DNA of 64,000 nucleotides, from the NCBI GenBank assembly GCA_963666275.2, contig CAXXOA010000002.1:736001-800000 (forward strand), given 5' to 3'. The position numbers and the translations under genes were made by a program. Numbering within the stretch: position 1 is the stretch's first letter; each line of letters opens with the position of its first letter. Of the stretch, positions 19,901 through 28,962 are shown piece by piece. Below the pieces are notes generated by a model. The model did no database searches. It saw nothing but the letters and a program-made list of their open reading frames with translations, and was not told where the DNA came from. The DNA comes from Oceanispirochaeta sp. GTDB taxonomy: Bacteria; Spirochaetota; Spirochaetia; DSM-2461.

Positions 19901-21685
19901 ACCGGTGAAATTGTTATAGGCGTCAGAGAGGACAGCTGTTCGGAGAATACCTGTCATTATCATTTCTGGGTAAAAGATTCGGGGATCGGTATGACAGAGT
20001 CCCAGAAGGAAAAGCTCTTCAAAGAATTCTCCCAGGCGGACACCTCCACCACACGGAAGTACGGCGGAACAGGGCTCGGGCTGGCTATCTCAAAGAAAAT
20101 TGTCGAGCTGATGGATGGGGATATCTGGGTTGATTCCCGGGCGGGAGAGGGCAGCACCTTCCATTTCACTGTTACCATCGAGAAGCAGCAGGGAGCGGAA
20201 AAAAAGGATTACAGGGTAGAGGATCTTTCCCGGGCCAGGCTGCTAGTTGTGGACGATAATGCCACGGCACTCCTGATTCTGGAGGAGATGCTCAGCTCTC
20301 TGGGATTCTCTCTGGAATTATGCCGGAGCGCAGAGGAAGCGCTTTTGCAGCTGCGGAATCCCCCCGAATCGGGTTGGGATCTCGTCCTTATGGACTGGAA
20401 GATCCCCGGTAAAAGCGGTATAGAAATCTGCCGGGAGATATACGATGATCCCGAAGCTCCTCCTCTGCCGAAAGTTCTTCTCCTCACAGCCTACGGCAAA
20501 GATGATGCACAGATGTTCATTGAGGAGGTCCCTCAGATTGTGGATGTCCTTTCAAAACCTGTGATGCCCTCAATCCTTCTGGATTCCATCCTTTCCGCAC
20601 TCGGGAAGTCTGTTCTGAAAAAAAGCCGGAAGCGGGTGACTTCAGAAAATCTCAACAGCATCAAAAACAAGCTGAAAGGGGCCAGAATCCTTCTTGTGGA
20701 AGACAATGAAATCAATCAGGAAGTGGCGATCGAGCTCCTTGAGAGCGTGGGAATCTGGGTCTCTCTGGCAGAAAACGGTTTGGAAGCTCTGAACTCTCTG
20801 GACAACGAGGAATTTGACGGGGTCCTCATGGATTGTCAGCTTCCTGTGATGGATGGTTATACGGCTACGGCTAAAATCCGGGAACAGGACCGCTTCCGGG
20901 ATCTCCCGGTGATCGCCATGACGGCAAATGTCCTTTCGGGCGACAGAGAAAAAGCCCTGAAGGCGGGGATGAATGACCATATAGGAAAACCTGTGAATCC
21001 TTCCGAGCTCTTTACCATACTGGGAAACTGGATTACCCCTGCCCGGAAGAGGCTATCTGATATACCGGAGAAAGAACCGCAGACACGGAGTCCGGAACTT
21101 CCTGTCATTGCCGGCTTAAATACAGAAAACGGTCTTTCCATTGTGCAGAACAATAAAGAAGCCTATATAAGGATCCTTCTGAAGTTTCTGGATATGTACA
21201 GCCGTTTCAGAGATCTTTTTCAGGATGCGGTAAGTGATGAAGATCCCGATGCCCTTACCCGGCTCGCCCACTCATTGAAGGGCTCCGCCGGCAATATCGG
21301 TGCTGTGGAAGTCTTTAATGAAGCCTCGAAACTGGAAGCCGCGTGCAGAAAAAATGCCTCCTCCGAAGAGAGGGAAGACCTGCTGGAATCCCTTCTCTCC
21401 CGATTGGAGCCTCTGACGGAAAGTCTTGGTCTGTTCCGGGATTCTCTTGTTTCAGAGGAAAAGGAGGAAACTCCTGCAGCAGATCCCGGGGAAATCCGGG
21501 CCCTGATACAGGAAATTCAGGAACTCCTGGAAGAGGGGGATACCGAAGCACTTACCCTGATTCATAAGCTGGCTGAAGGGATAGGAAAGAAGCAGTACGA
21601 GCCGGATTTTAAACAGCTTGTAAAGGCAGTGGAAGGGTACAGCTTCAGGGAAGCCCTGGAGAAGCTTAAAAGCCTTCGCTTCTAG
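16910..21685 (+). CDS. Hybrid sensor histidine kinase: CHASE4-HAMP-PAS x4-HisKA-HATPase-REC-REC-HPt
   Basis: DYATWDDT (CHASE4), GNDEIGEL (HAMP), FLANMSHEIRTPMN, NAVKFT, GTGLGL, two REC domains, AHSLKGSAGNIG (HPt). ATGA overlap with the HD-GYP gene. Confidence 0.93.
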   Translation: MKLRRVFLVGLVASMVIFITGQYFIIYSILRKGFEERESLELRMDLERASELIASHIVQIDLMLKDYATWDDTWEFADDLNAEYREENLDLEYFSGISLISLFFLDNQNRIIYSDALDIPELSSGVIKDKVAAVTDLDFPLVDESFGTEGGLFALGDSELGIAVRRPVLKNSGEGPQRGWMIFVSLLGRDQLNAYEKLLGYSLNIRGLRPGDEMKSSDRGILLERERNSITGSIPISGLSGTPVALASVQKSRDFYFYELSLLRKFYSRVILFLAVIGFLVYYFLSRNIFYRIESFLNQVRSITSRGNSAERTTLKGNDEIGELSVTVNAMLDSIENTVSTVREKEKLESILETSPIGVGIFVGEEGKYVNSAMRGLGIHLGINERSLFFYPEQQKEFMDILRKNGFCRNFEAKYITPSGIRDVLVSAYTLEYEGEQAVVGWHVDITSRKAIEDELALSKQKYQHLIEELGSYFMIYSHQVDGELLFISEGIYAMTGKTREEVLGQSWQDIFDWQPGAVETANENFRSFMEGSCDFRQFEMDFRHPDGTIRTIRNSAHPLRDEEGEIISFDGLVEDITDQKKMERELEQSRLKYQHLVEELGSSFLIYSHALDGTFLFGSEGFKSIFGMDPEEILGQKWMFFINWLPGAIEAAQESIEGFVSNQSNNFHQFEMDFIHPDGSERTILVSNHPVRNKDGSILSVDGIVEDITDKKIIEKELEENRFKYQRLLEDLGSKFLIYSHTLEGEYLFASQGFKSIFDLDQDQLKGRNWADSIDWLPESIEKANQTVQYFQEDPEHNFAQFEMTFIHSDGSERTVLISNHPVRDEKGNILSIDGLAEDITERKKVEKELAQAKEAAEEAARVKAEFLANMSHEIRTPMNAIIGLTHLAKQTDLNEKQYGYISKVSRSAENLLGIINDILDFSKIEAGKIELEHISFYLEDVFDHISNILGLKVEESNLELMFDVPGEIDTALIGDPLRLGQVLLNLGSNAVKFTETGEIVIGVREDSCSENTCHYHFWVKDSGIGMTESQKEKLFKEFSQADTSTTRKYGGTGLGLAISKKIVELMDGDIWVDSRAGEGSTFHFTVTIEKQQGAEKKDYRVEDLSRARLLVVDDNATALLILEEMLSSLGFSLELCRSAEEALLQLRNPPESGWDLVLMDWKIPGKSGIEICREIYDDPEAPPLPKVLLLTAYGKDDAQMFIEEVPQIVDVLSKPVMPSILLDSILSALGKSVLKKSRKRVTSENLNSIKNKLKGARILLVEDNEINQEVAIELLESVGIWVSLAENGLEALNSLDNEEFDGVLMDCQLPVMDGYTATAKIREQDRFRDLPVIAMTANVLSGDREKALKAGMNDHIGKPVNPSELFTILGNWITPARKRLSDIPEKEPQTRSPELPVIAGLNTENGLSIVQNNKEAYIRILLKFLDMYSRFRDLFQDAVSDEDPDALTRLAHSLKGSAGNIGAVEVFNEASKLEAACRKNASSEEREDLLESLLSRLEPLTESLGLFRDSLVSEEKEETPAADPGEIRALIQEIQELLEEGDTEALTLIHKLAEGIGKKQYEPDFKQLVKAVEGYSFREALEKLKSLRF
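18293..19477 (+). repeat. Three tandem intragenic PAS/PAC repeats (393 and 396 bp spacing)
   Basis: Units start KYQ(H/R)L at 18293, 18686 and 19082 and share LGS.F.IYSH, W.P, QFEM.F.H.DG, HP.R and DG..EDIT. Confidence 0.85.
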
Positions 21686-21788
21686 GCGGTTTTCAGCTAA
21701 CAGAAAGAGATCTCCGGTCTCATAAAATCTTTTAAATTTCATAACTCAATTGTTCGCAGATTGATCAACTCCCGGGAATCTGGTATTT

Positions 21789-21802
21789 GTTGAGTAGTCA
21801 AC
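21789..21802. promoter_or_regulatory. Probable MarR operator
   Basis: GTTGA-GTAG-TCAAC inverted repeat about 30 bp upstream of the MarR gene. Confidence 0.55.
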
Positions 21803-21829
21803 TAAATACGTCTTCAGGAGAAACAGTCA

Positions 21830-22279
21830 GTGAGAAATCGGGACAGAATGAGCATCGGGAAATGGATTTCTGCTCTTTACAGGGAGTTTCAGATCTATAT
21901 CAACAATGAGATGAAAGAGCTGGGGATCTGTTCTTCCGAGTATATCTATCTTGTAACCCTGGGCGAAAAAGAGGGTGTTAATATGAAAACCCTCAGTGAT
22001 GAACTGATGATAGACCGGGCGGAAACTTCCCGGATTATGAAGAAGCTGGAGCAGAAGGGACTTGTGGTCAGGGAACCCTGCGTCTCTGATAAACGGGCCG
22101 TGATTGTCCGGCTGACAGACCGGGGAAGGGAGCTGCAGCCTCTGATTCTGGAAAAACTGGATGTCTGGACAGATCTTCTTTCCTATGGAATGTGTGAAAA
22201 GGAGACAGAAGGTTTTATTGACCGCCTGGAAGGGATGTATTCCAGATGTAAAAATTATTTAAAAAAGGAAATGCCATGA
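21830..22279 (+). CDS. MarR-family regulator
   Basis: LSDELMIDRAETSRIMKKLEQKGLV...DKRAVIVRLT. Confidence 0.9.
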   Translation: MRNRDRMSIGKWISALYREFQIYINNEMKELGICSSEYIYLVTLGEKEGVNMKTLSDELMIDRAETSRIMKKLEQKGLVVREPCVSDKRAVIVRLTDRGRELQPLILEKLDVWTDLLSYGMCEKETEGFIDRLEGMYSRCKNYLKKEMP

Positions 22280-23121
22280 TAAACAATTATATAGCAGATC
22301 GTTCCTATGCCATTGTTTCCGGATTTCTCGGAGAGACTGTGGCCTCAGAGATGGGTGTCACCTCCCGGATCGATGACATCATTGTCATCAATTTTCCCAA
22401 GGGGAATCTTTTCGGTCAGGGTCAGAATGTCTCTGTGTACCTGGATAACAGAACAGGAGTTGAGCAGGTCGATGCCAACCTGAATGTCTACAGGGTTGCC
22501 GTCAAGGGATATGTGGAAAGTGCTACAGCCGGTATTATGGTTGTTAAACCTGAATTTTATGAGCTCTTTTACGGAAACAGTATCATCGAAAGGTTCAGCA
22601 TTCCCGGATATGAACATTCTCTTGACCGCAGAGAGATCCTGGCCATCCCGGAAAGTCCTCTGCTGGAGAGTGATTTCTCCGGAGATTTTGTCATTGATAA
22701 TAACAAGGTGGGGGTCTTTATTACCAAGGCTTCCGAAAGACCTCACTCGACAGTCATGGCCTATCTGTCCAATCAGAGAGATGATATATTCCTCATTTCC
22801 CACAGGGGATCATTCAAATCGGAGAATATTCTCCGGGACAGAGAGTGCGCCTTCGCGATTGATCACAGGGCGGAGATCACTTTTGAAAGGGCCGTATTCT
22901 GGAACTATACGATTATCCGGGGGCTCATTTACAGAATCTCTGAAAACAACTCCCTGTTTCCTGTTATTCAGGCCGCTTTTGTAGAGAAGAATCCCTGGGA
23001 ACAGGTGTTTTTCACCCATGAAAACATTGAGATGTTTCATATCCAGCCTCAGGAGATCATCTGTCCGGAAAAATATTTTCATTTTATACAGTCAGAGGCT
23101 CAGAAGGCTCTCCAGGTTTAG
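22276..23121 (+). CDS. Hypothetical protein with pyridoxamine-5'-phosphate-oxidase-like (FMN split-barrel) C-terminal domain
   Basis: RPHSTVMAY...IFLISHRGSFKSENI...CAFAID pattern; ATGA overlap with MarR. Confidence 0.55.
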   Translation: MINNYIADRSYAIVSGFLGETVASEMGVTSRIDDIIVINFPKGNLFGQGQNVSVYLDNRTGVEQVDANLNVYRVAVKGYVESATAGIMVVKPEFYELFYGNSIIERFSIPGYEHSLDRREILAIPESPLLESDFSGDFVIDNNKVGVFITKASERPHSTVMAYLSNQRDDIFLISHRGSFKSENILRDRECAFAIDHRAEITFERAVFWNYTIIRGLIYRISENNSLFPVIQAAFVEKNPWEQVFFTHENIEMFHIQPQEIICPEKYFHFIQSEAQKALQV

Positions 23122-23213
23122 AAAACAGGTCTGACTCTCCCTCTATGAGGTTTGCCGGTTTTCCTTTACAATTCAGAAAAAGGTCCATTTCACTGTTTGT
23201 TCAAAGGAAGTCT

Positions 23214-24365
23214 ATGTCTGAAAAGCAGAGGCAGTTTGCCCTCCTGTTCCTGATGAATTTTTTCATTTTTCTGGGTATCAACTCTATGAATATCCTGCCT
23301 GCCTATCTGGCCACTCTGGGCGCCGGGAACGGTCTGATCGGAATGTTCACTACCATTCCTACCATGACCCTGGTACTCATCGTCGGGATTCAGCTTTTCC
23401 GGGGACAGACCTACAATAAGCTCCGGCTTCTGCGTCTGGGGTTCATTACCACCTTCATCGGAACTGCGGGATTAATTCTCTTTCACAGCAATCTTCTTGT
23501 GATGTTTCTTTTCTACATGCTCACGGGAATCAACTATGGGGCGGGTTTTACCAATCTTTTTTCAATGATGTACGACATCACTCCCGAAGATAAAAGACGC
23601 TCCTATGCCGCACTGTTCGGTATTTCCGGGCTGATGACTTCCGGGCTGGCATCCATCATGGCCCAGGGGATCTATATTTACATTGCTCCCCATATGATCT
23701 TTATGGTCCCTCTGGTTTTTTCGGTGCTTGTGATTCTGCTTTCCTACAGCCTGAAGAAGGAGTGCTACACCCTGGTGGAAGAAGAGAATTTCACCTTTTC
23801 CGGACTGGCGCTCAAGCCGGGAATCGGAGTTCTGATTTTTCAGACTCTGGCTTTCGGCGGCGGCTACGGCATTTTCAAGACTTTTATTCCCCTCTTTACG
23901 GAGCAGAGGCTGGGGATTGTGGATATCACAAGGTTCTTCGGTTTCTTCACCCTGGTCGGTGTGGCATATCGTCTTGTTTTTTCCCGCTTTCTGGATAGAA
24001 TTCCCCGGAGGCTGATTATGGCGATCGGGTTCTTTGTGATGGTCCTCACAATCCTCTATCTGAACTGGATGACAAAACCCGCCCAGCTTTATTATCTGGG
24101 GGCATTCTACGGTATGGCCCACTCTCTGCTCTTCCCCACTCTGAGTGCCGAGTTTGTCAGGATCGGGAATGAAAACAGGGCGGCCTACAGTAATATCTTT
24201 ATTGCTCTCTTTACCATCGGGATTACCGCCTCCTCCTGTTTTCTGGGAATCCTGGCGGACTTTTTAGGGCTTCAGGCCATCCCCTATGCGATCACTGCTG
24301 TTCTTATGGCGGCACTGTTAAGTCTGTTTCACCGTCCGGCAGAGAGGTCTGAAGAAGCGGCCTGA
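23214..24365 (+). CDS. MFS transporter
   Basis: About 12 hydrophobic segments; SRFLDRIPRR and GILADFLG motif-A-like loops; start moved to ATG 23214. Confidence 0.85.
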   Translation: MSEKQRQFALLFLMNFFIFLGINSMNILPAYLATLGAGNGLIGMFTTIPTMTLVLIVGIQLFRGQTYNKLRLLRLGFITTFIGTAGLILFHSNLLVMFLFYMLTGINYGAGFTNLFSMMYDITPEDKRRSYAALFGISGLMTSGLASIMAQGIYIYIAPHMIFMVPLVFSVLVILLSYSLKKECYTLVEEENFTFSGLALKPGIGVLIFQTLAFGGGYGIFKTFIPLFTEQRLGIVDITRFFGFFTLVGVAYRLVFSRFLDRIPRRLIMAIGFFVMVLTILYLNWMTKPAQLYYLGAFYGMAHSLLFPTLSAEFVRIGNENRAAYSNIFIALFTIGITASSCFLGILADFLGLQAIPYAITAVLMAALLSLFHRPAERSEEAA

Positions 24366-24404
24366 ACAGGGGGGAGGAGGAAATCTCCTTTCTGCATTCC
24401 GGGG

Positions 24405-24971
24405 TCAGGATTTTCCGGATCCGGAAAAAAAGATTTTCAGGGCGATAGAGTAAAAAAAACCGCCTTTGCCATACCGTGCGAAGGAAGGATAGTACTCGGC
24501 ATTGCTCAGGATCCAGTTGTATCCCGTACCGAGGTCCAGCATCAGGGCGGGATGAAAATAGTATTTCCATCCCAGGAGAGAATCCAAATAGATGATGGTG
24601 TCTCCTGTCTGGTCCGGGACTGTGCCGCTGCCGAAGTAGTTCAGGAAATCCGTTGCCATTCCCATGCCGAAATAGAGGTCTCTCAGGTCTGAATTGAGGA
24701 AGTAATAGTTTGACATTATTGATATGTTGACTGTTGTACAATAAAGATCATCCACATTGGTTTTAAATGTCATATGTCCGAAACCGTATTTCAGGGCCAT
24801 ATGATCCCGGAGGATATGTTCAAAACCTGTTCCCAGTCCCCATCCGTTATTTTCCAGACCAATCCTGGTATAACCAAGATCCAGTGAGAAAATCCGATTA
24901 ATCGCATCCTCCTGTCCGGAGAGGTTTGCTGTTATGAGAAGCATGAGGATAAAGAGTATTCTTCTGTTCAT
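24405..24971 (-). CDS. Exported small outer-membrane beta-barrel-like protein
   Basis: Signal peptide and alternating G/aromatic beta-strands (GWGLGTGFEH, GWKYYF, LDLGTGY). Confidence 0.55.
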   Translation of the reverse strand: MNRRILFILMLLITANLSGQEDAINRIFSLDLGYTRIGLENNGWGLGTGFEHILRDHMALKYGFGHMTFKTNVDDLYCTTVNISIMSNYYFLNSDLRDLYFGMGMATDFLNYFGSGTVPDQTGDTIIYLDSLLGWKYYFHPALMLDLGTGYNWILSNAEYYPSFARYGKGGFFYSIALKIFFSGSGKS

Positions 24972-25235
24972 ATTGTTCTTTCAATATGAAAGAACAGCAT
25001 GCCGGGAGTCAATTCCCGGAGCACATTTTTTAGAAGGCAATCTGTCCTTTCTTTTCTTTTCAGGAGGGATTGGGGGATTTATATAGCCCCATGATTTTGA
25101 CGCACTTTGAGAATTAAGGTAGTATGGGCGGCATTACAAATTTACATGGGTGTATGTATTCCATAGAGATTTTCCAATGATCCTTATCTGTACCTTCGGA
25201 TTAGGGATACCCATATATTCAGGTCGAGTCATAGA

Positions 25236-27554
25236 ATGAATAAATATATAACTCTGGAAAAAGCATTCCTCAAACGGATCCTCCCCATCTTTATTATCTC
25301 AACTTTTCTTAGTATTTTTCTTTCCCAGTACAGGCAGATGACATCCCAGTATGCGTCCCTGGACCATGCAATGGATGTTGAGCTGAAAAGGCTGGTTTTT
25401 GAGGTGACAACCCCCCTCTGGAATCTGAATTATGAACAGCTGGATGACATAGCGGAAATTATACTTATGAACAGGAACGCTGCGGGGATCAGTATCCTGA
25501 ATGAAGCCGGAGAATCCATTGCCTCTTCAGGGTATTACAGGGAATTTTCCCGGGCGGAGCTGGAAAAACTGAAATCCACAGGGGGCAACAGTCATTTTCA
25601 GCCGCATTTTTTTGAGGCCATTATGGATTTCCTCTTCCACAGCAGCAAGTTCGAAAGGGTCTTAGTCAAATCTTCTGATGTTTATTTCACCATGGATAAT
25701 GAGAGTGTTCTGATCGGGAATGTGTATCTTATTTTTTCGGATCAGTACATTACATCCGGTATCCGCAGGGATTTTTTCCGTTTTTTCCTCATCGGAGTTG
25801 CATTGCTTCTTATATTCAGCTCTATCATTTTTATCACCTATCATGGCATTGTCACATCGCCATTGCGGGATCTTCAGCAATCGATCATTGATGCTACAGG
25901 AAGTTCCGGATCCTTTCAGTCGCCTCCTGTCACAACGACCAACGAGATTGAACATATCAGAATTGTATTTAAGGAATTATGGAGGAACCAGTCTCTTATT
26001 GCCGGAGAACTGGAAGAGAGCAAGAACTTCTATCATCAGCTTCTGGAGTCGCTGCCCCTTGGTGTGGTCCTTACAGATAATGCGGGAACAATCCTCTTTC
26101 ATAATGAAGCCCTTGCCGGGATAGTAGGATACTCTGCCGAGGAGATCCGTACGATGACTCTCTGGGATCTGCTGCCGGACAGATATCATCATATACAGCA
26201 GGGGATCCGCAGCTCCCGAGAAATTCCGATCCCCTATACTACCCAGGAACAGTTCCTGGTTGATAAAGATGGAAGGCAGATCCCCGTCTCTGTGAATAGA
26301 AGTATTATTCAGAGAAATGAAGAAATCCTCTATTGGTCCTGTGTTGAAAATATTACAAAAAGAGTCGAATCGGAGAGAGAGAAAAAAGAGCTTCAGAAGC
26401 AGGTTTCCCAAAGGAACAAAGTGGAAATGCTGGGGCAGCTGGCCGGGGGGATCGCCCATGATTTCAACAACCTGCTGACACCTATCATCGGGTATGTGGA
26501 GATTGTTCTGACCAGCATCGAGAAGGATGGGAAAGTCTACAAATATCTGGAAAGTGTTCTGGCTGCTTCCAGGAGAGCCGGAGAGCTTGTGAAACAGATC
26601 CTGGCTTTCAGCCACAACCACGAACTGGATCTGAAACCTCTGGATGTGAATATCATCATCAATGATGTGCTTGAACTCTTTCGTGCCTCCCTTCCCAGTT
26701 CCATTGACCTGATACCGGATCTCAGTCCTGACTGCGGCCTCATAAAAGCGAATCCGACCCATATCCATCAGATTGTCATGAATCTTTGCACCAACGCCTA
26801 TCATGCATTGGAAGGGTTTCAAGCCGGTTCAATCACAGTGAGTTTTAAAAGAGCAGAACTTTATGCCGGAGATCTGCCGGCTATTGCGCATTCATCCGGT
26901 TCCTTCGTCTGTCTTAGCGTGCAGGATACGGGACGGGGAATGGATAAAGAGCTTCTGGATAGAATCTTCGAGCCCTACTTTACAACAAAGGAAAAAAAGA
27001 AAGGGACCGGTCTGGGACTGGCCATTACCGATAAAATCATTAAAGACTACGGCGGTTGTATTGTTGTTGAAAGTGAAAAAGGGAAAGGGTCTCTTTTCAG
27101 AATCTATCTTCCTCTGGTAATTGAAGATCCTGAAACGGGCGCAGAGGAAGTGAACCTGTCCCCATTGTCTTCAGGAGAAGAACATATTCTTGTTATTGAT
27201 GATGAGGCTCCTGTGGGAGAGATGACCAGGGAAATACTCCAGTTCCTGGGATATAAAGTGACTTTAAAAACAGAAAGTCCGGCAGGGCTGGATTACTTTG
27301 AAAAGAACTCTCATTCAATTGATCTTGTTATTACAGATATGACCATGCCGGATCTGACTGGAGATAGACTCGCCGGAAAAATGATGGAAATTAATGATTC
27401 TGTTCCGATTATTATAATGACAGGTTTCAGTGAAAATTTTACAGAAAAACAGGCTGAAAAAATGGGCATCAAAGCCTATCTTTCCAAGCCTGTGTCAATG
27501 AAAACCCTCTCAGAGGCCGTAAAAAGGGTTCTTGAAAGAAAGTCGGTAGAATGA
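25236..27554 (+). CDS. Hybrid histidine kinase: 2 TM + PAS + HisKA + HATPase + REC (CckA-like output)
   Basis: GQLAGGIAHDFNNLL, NLCTNA, FEPYFTTK, GTGLGL, DLVITDMTMP. Confidence 0.92.
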   Translation: MNKYITLEKAFLKRILPIFIISTFLSIFLSQYRQMTSQYASLDHAMDVELKRLVFEVTTPLWNLNYEQLDDIAEIILMNRNAAGISILNEAGESIASSGYYREFSRAELEKLKSTGGNSHFQPHFFEAIMDFLFHSSKFERVLVKSSDVYFTMDNESVLIGNVYLIFSDQYITSGIRRDFFRFFLIGVALLLIFSSIIFITYHGIVTSPLRDLQQSIIDATGSSGSFQSPPVTTTNEIEHIRIVFKELWRNQSLIAGELEESKNFYHQLLESLPLGVVLTDNAGTILFHNEALAGIVGYSAEEIRTMTLWDLLPDRYHHIQQGIRSSREIPIPYTTQEQFLVDKDGRQIPVSVNRSIIQRNEEILYWSCVENITKRVESEREKKELQKQVSQRNKVEMLGQLAGGIAHDFNNLLTPIIGYVEIVLTSIEKDGKVYKYLESVLAASRRAGELVKQILAFSHNHELDLKPLDVNIIINDVLELFRASLPSSIDLIPDLSPDCGLIKANPTHIHQIVMNLCTNAYHALEGFQAGSITVSFKRAELYAGDLPAIAHSSGSFVCLSVQDTGRGMDKELLDRIFEPYFTTKEKKKGTGLGLAITDKIIKDYGGCIVVESEKGKGSLFRIYLPLVIEDPETGAEEVNLSPLSSGEEHILVIDDEAPVGEMTREILQFLGYKVTLKTESPAGLDYFEKNSHSIDLVITDMTMPDLTGDRLAGKMMEINDSVPIIIMTGFSENFTEKQAEKMGIKAYLSKPVSMKTLSEAVKRVLERKSVE

Positions 27555-27593
27555 CAGACTCCAGATCGTATAGTATAGAAATTGAGGTTATGA

Positions 27594-28130
27594 GTGAAAC
27601 AGAAACAGGATATTAAGGTTCTTTGTGCCTGGTGCAATTCTCTGATTAATGAAGGAGTTACCATGGACGGCCAGGTCTCCCATGGAATCTGTCCGGATTG
27701 TCATTCCGCTTTTTTATCGGATAAACCGCAGACTCTGAAGGGATTCCTTGATCAGCTGGAAACTCCTGTCCTTGTGGTTGAAGACTCAAGCAGGATTCTG
27801 TTCGCCAATAATCCTGCAGTCCATCTCTTTGATAAAACGTCAGAAGAGATCCATGGCGAACTGGGCGGAGACCTCATGGAATGTGAAAATTCCAGAAAAC
27901 CCGGAGGCTGCGGGAACACTCTTCATTGCAAAGCCTGCGCCATAAGAAGATCTGTGAAATATTCCTCTTCAACGGGAGAGGCTCTATACAATGTTCCTGT
28001 TCGGGTCGCTGTTGAACCTTCCAGAGGTGTTCAGAATATTAGAAGCCGTATTTCTACAATCCCCAGGAAAAATGAGAAGGGTGAATCTGTTGTTTTCCTT
28101 ACAATCCGGGATTATGAAAGGGTTGACTAG
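27594..28130 (+). CDS. Small protein: CxxC zinc-ribbon-like N-terminus + Cys-rich PAS-like domain
   Basis: CAWC...SHGICPDC; PVLVVEDSSRILFAN; CENS...GGCG...HCKACAIR; GTG start after GAGG. Confidence 0.7.
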   Translation: MKQKQDIKVLCAWCNSLINEGVTMDGQVSHGICPDCHSAFLSDKPQTLKGFLDQLETPVLVVEDSSRILFANNPAVHLFDKTSEEIHGELGGDLMECENSRKPGGCGNTLHCKACAIRRSVKYSSSTGEALYNVPVRVAVEPSRGVQNIRSRISTIPRKNEKGESVVFLTIRDYERVD

Positions 28131-28187
28131 ATTTTATACAGACTGTTCCTTCTGCAAAGACACAGAAAGCCGGGAGAGGTTGATTCC

Positions 28188-28895
28188 ATGAAGAAAAGAC
28201 TATTCATTATGCTTCTGATTTGCTCAGGTGCTGTTTCTGCCGAAACTGTTTCCCTGAATACTGCCGATTCCGCTCCCTACAGTACAATGGACAGTACCGG
28301 TTTCTATGATGTCCTTCTGGAGGATGTTTTCAGCCGTTTGGGGTTGGGGGTCCATATCAATCACTATCCTTCTGAACGCTCCATTCAATGGGCGGACGAG
28401 GGGCATGATGATGGAGAGTTTGCCAGGATTTCAGGGTTATCCGATACGTTCGATAATCTTTTGGAAGTCCGGGAGCCTCTGGTCTCATTTCAGTTTGTGG
28501 CAGTTAAAAGAGCGGAGGATTCCTTCAGGATCAACGGATGGGAAGATCTGAAAAATTTGAGAATCGGATTCCTGAATGGCTGGAAAATCTATGAAATGCA
28601 GCTGGGATCCTATCCTGAAGTCACCCGATACGACAATGTCGAGAGCATGGTGAATGTTCTACTTGCAGGAAGAGTGGATGTTATTCTGTATTCTGAATTG
28701 AGAATGAACAATTACATCAGGAAAAATAAGGTGGAGGGGATTGAGATCATTCATCCCCCCTTAACCGTCCGGACAATGCATCTGTATCTGCATGAGGATC
28801 ATGCTGCTCTGGTCGATAAAGTGAATGAACAGCTCCGGGAAATCAAATCTTCCGGCCTCTATGAAGAGTACTATAAAAAATATCTGATGCAGTAA
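28188..28895 (+). CDS. Family 3 extracellular solute-binding protein (orphan)
   Basis: Signal peptide; APYS, GFYDVL, WEDLKNLRIG, LLAGRVDV, N..LREIKSSGLY. Confidence 0.8.
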   Translation: MKKRLFIMLLICSGAVSAETVSLNTADSAPYSTMDSTGFYDVLLEDVFSRLGLGVHINHYPSERSIQWADEGHDDGEFARISGLSDTFDNLLEVREPLVSFQFVAVKRAEDSFRINGWEDLKNLRIGFLNGWKIYEMQLGSYPEVTRYDNVESMVNVLLAGRVDVILYSELRMNNYIRKNKVEGIEIIHPPLTVRTMHLYLHEDHAALVDKVNEQLREIKSSGLYEEYYKKYLMQ

Positions 28896-28962
28896 AAAAA
28901 GGATCCCCCCGGGGAGAGGGAATCCCTGTTTCTGCAGCATCACTGCTGAAGCGGATGAGAGT

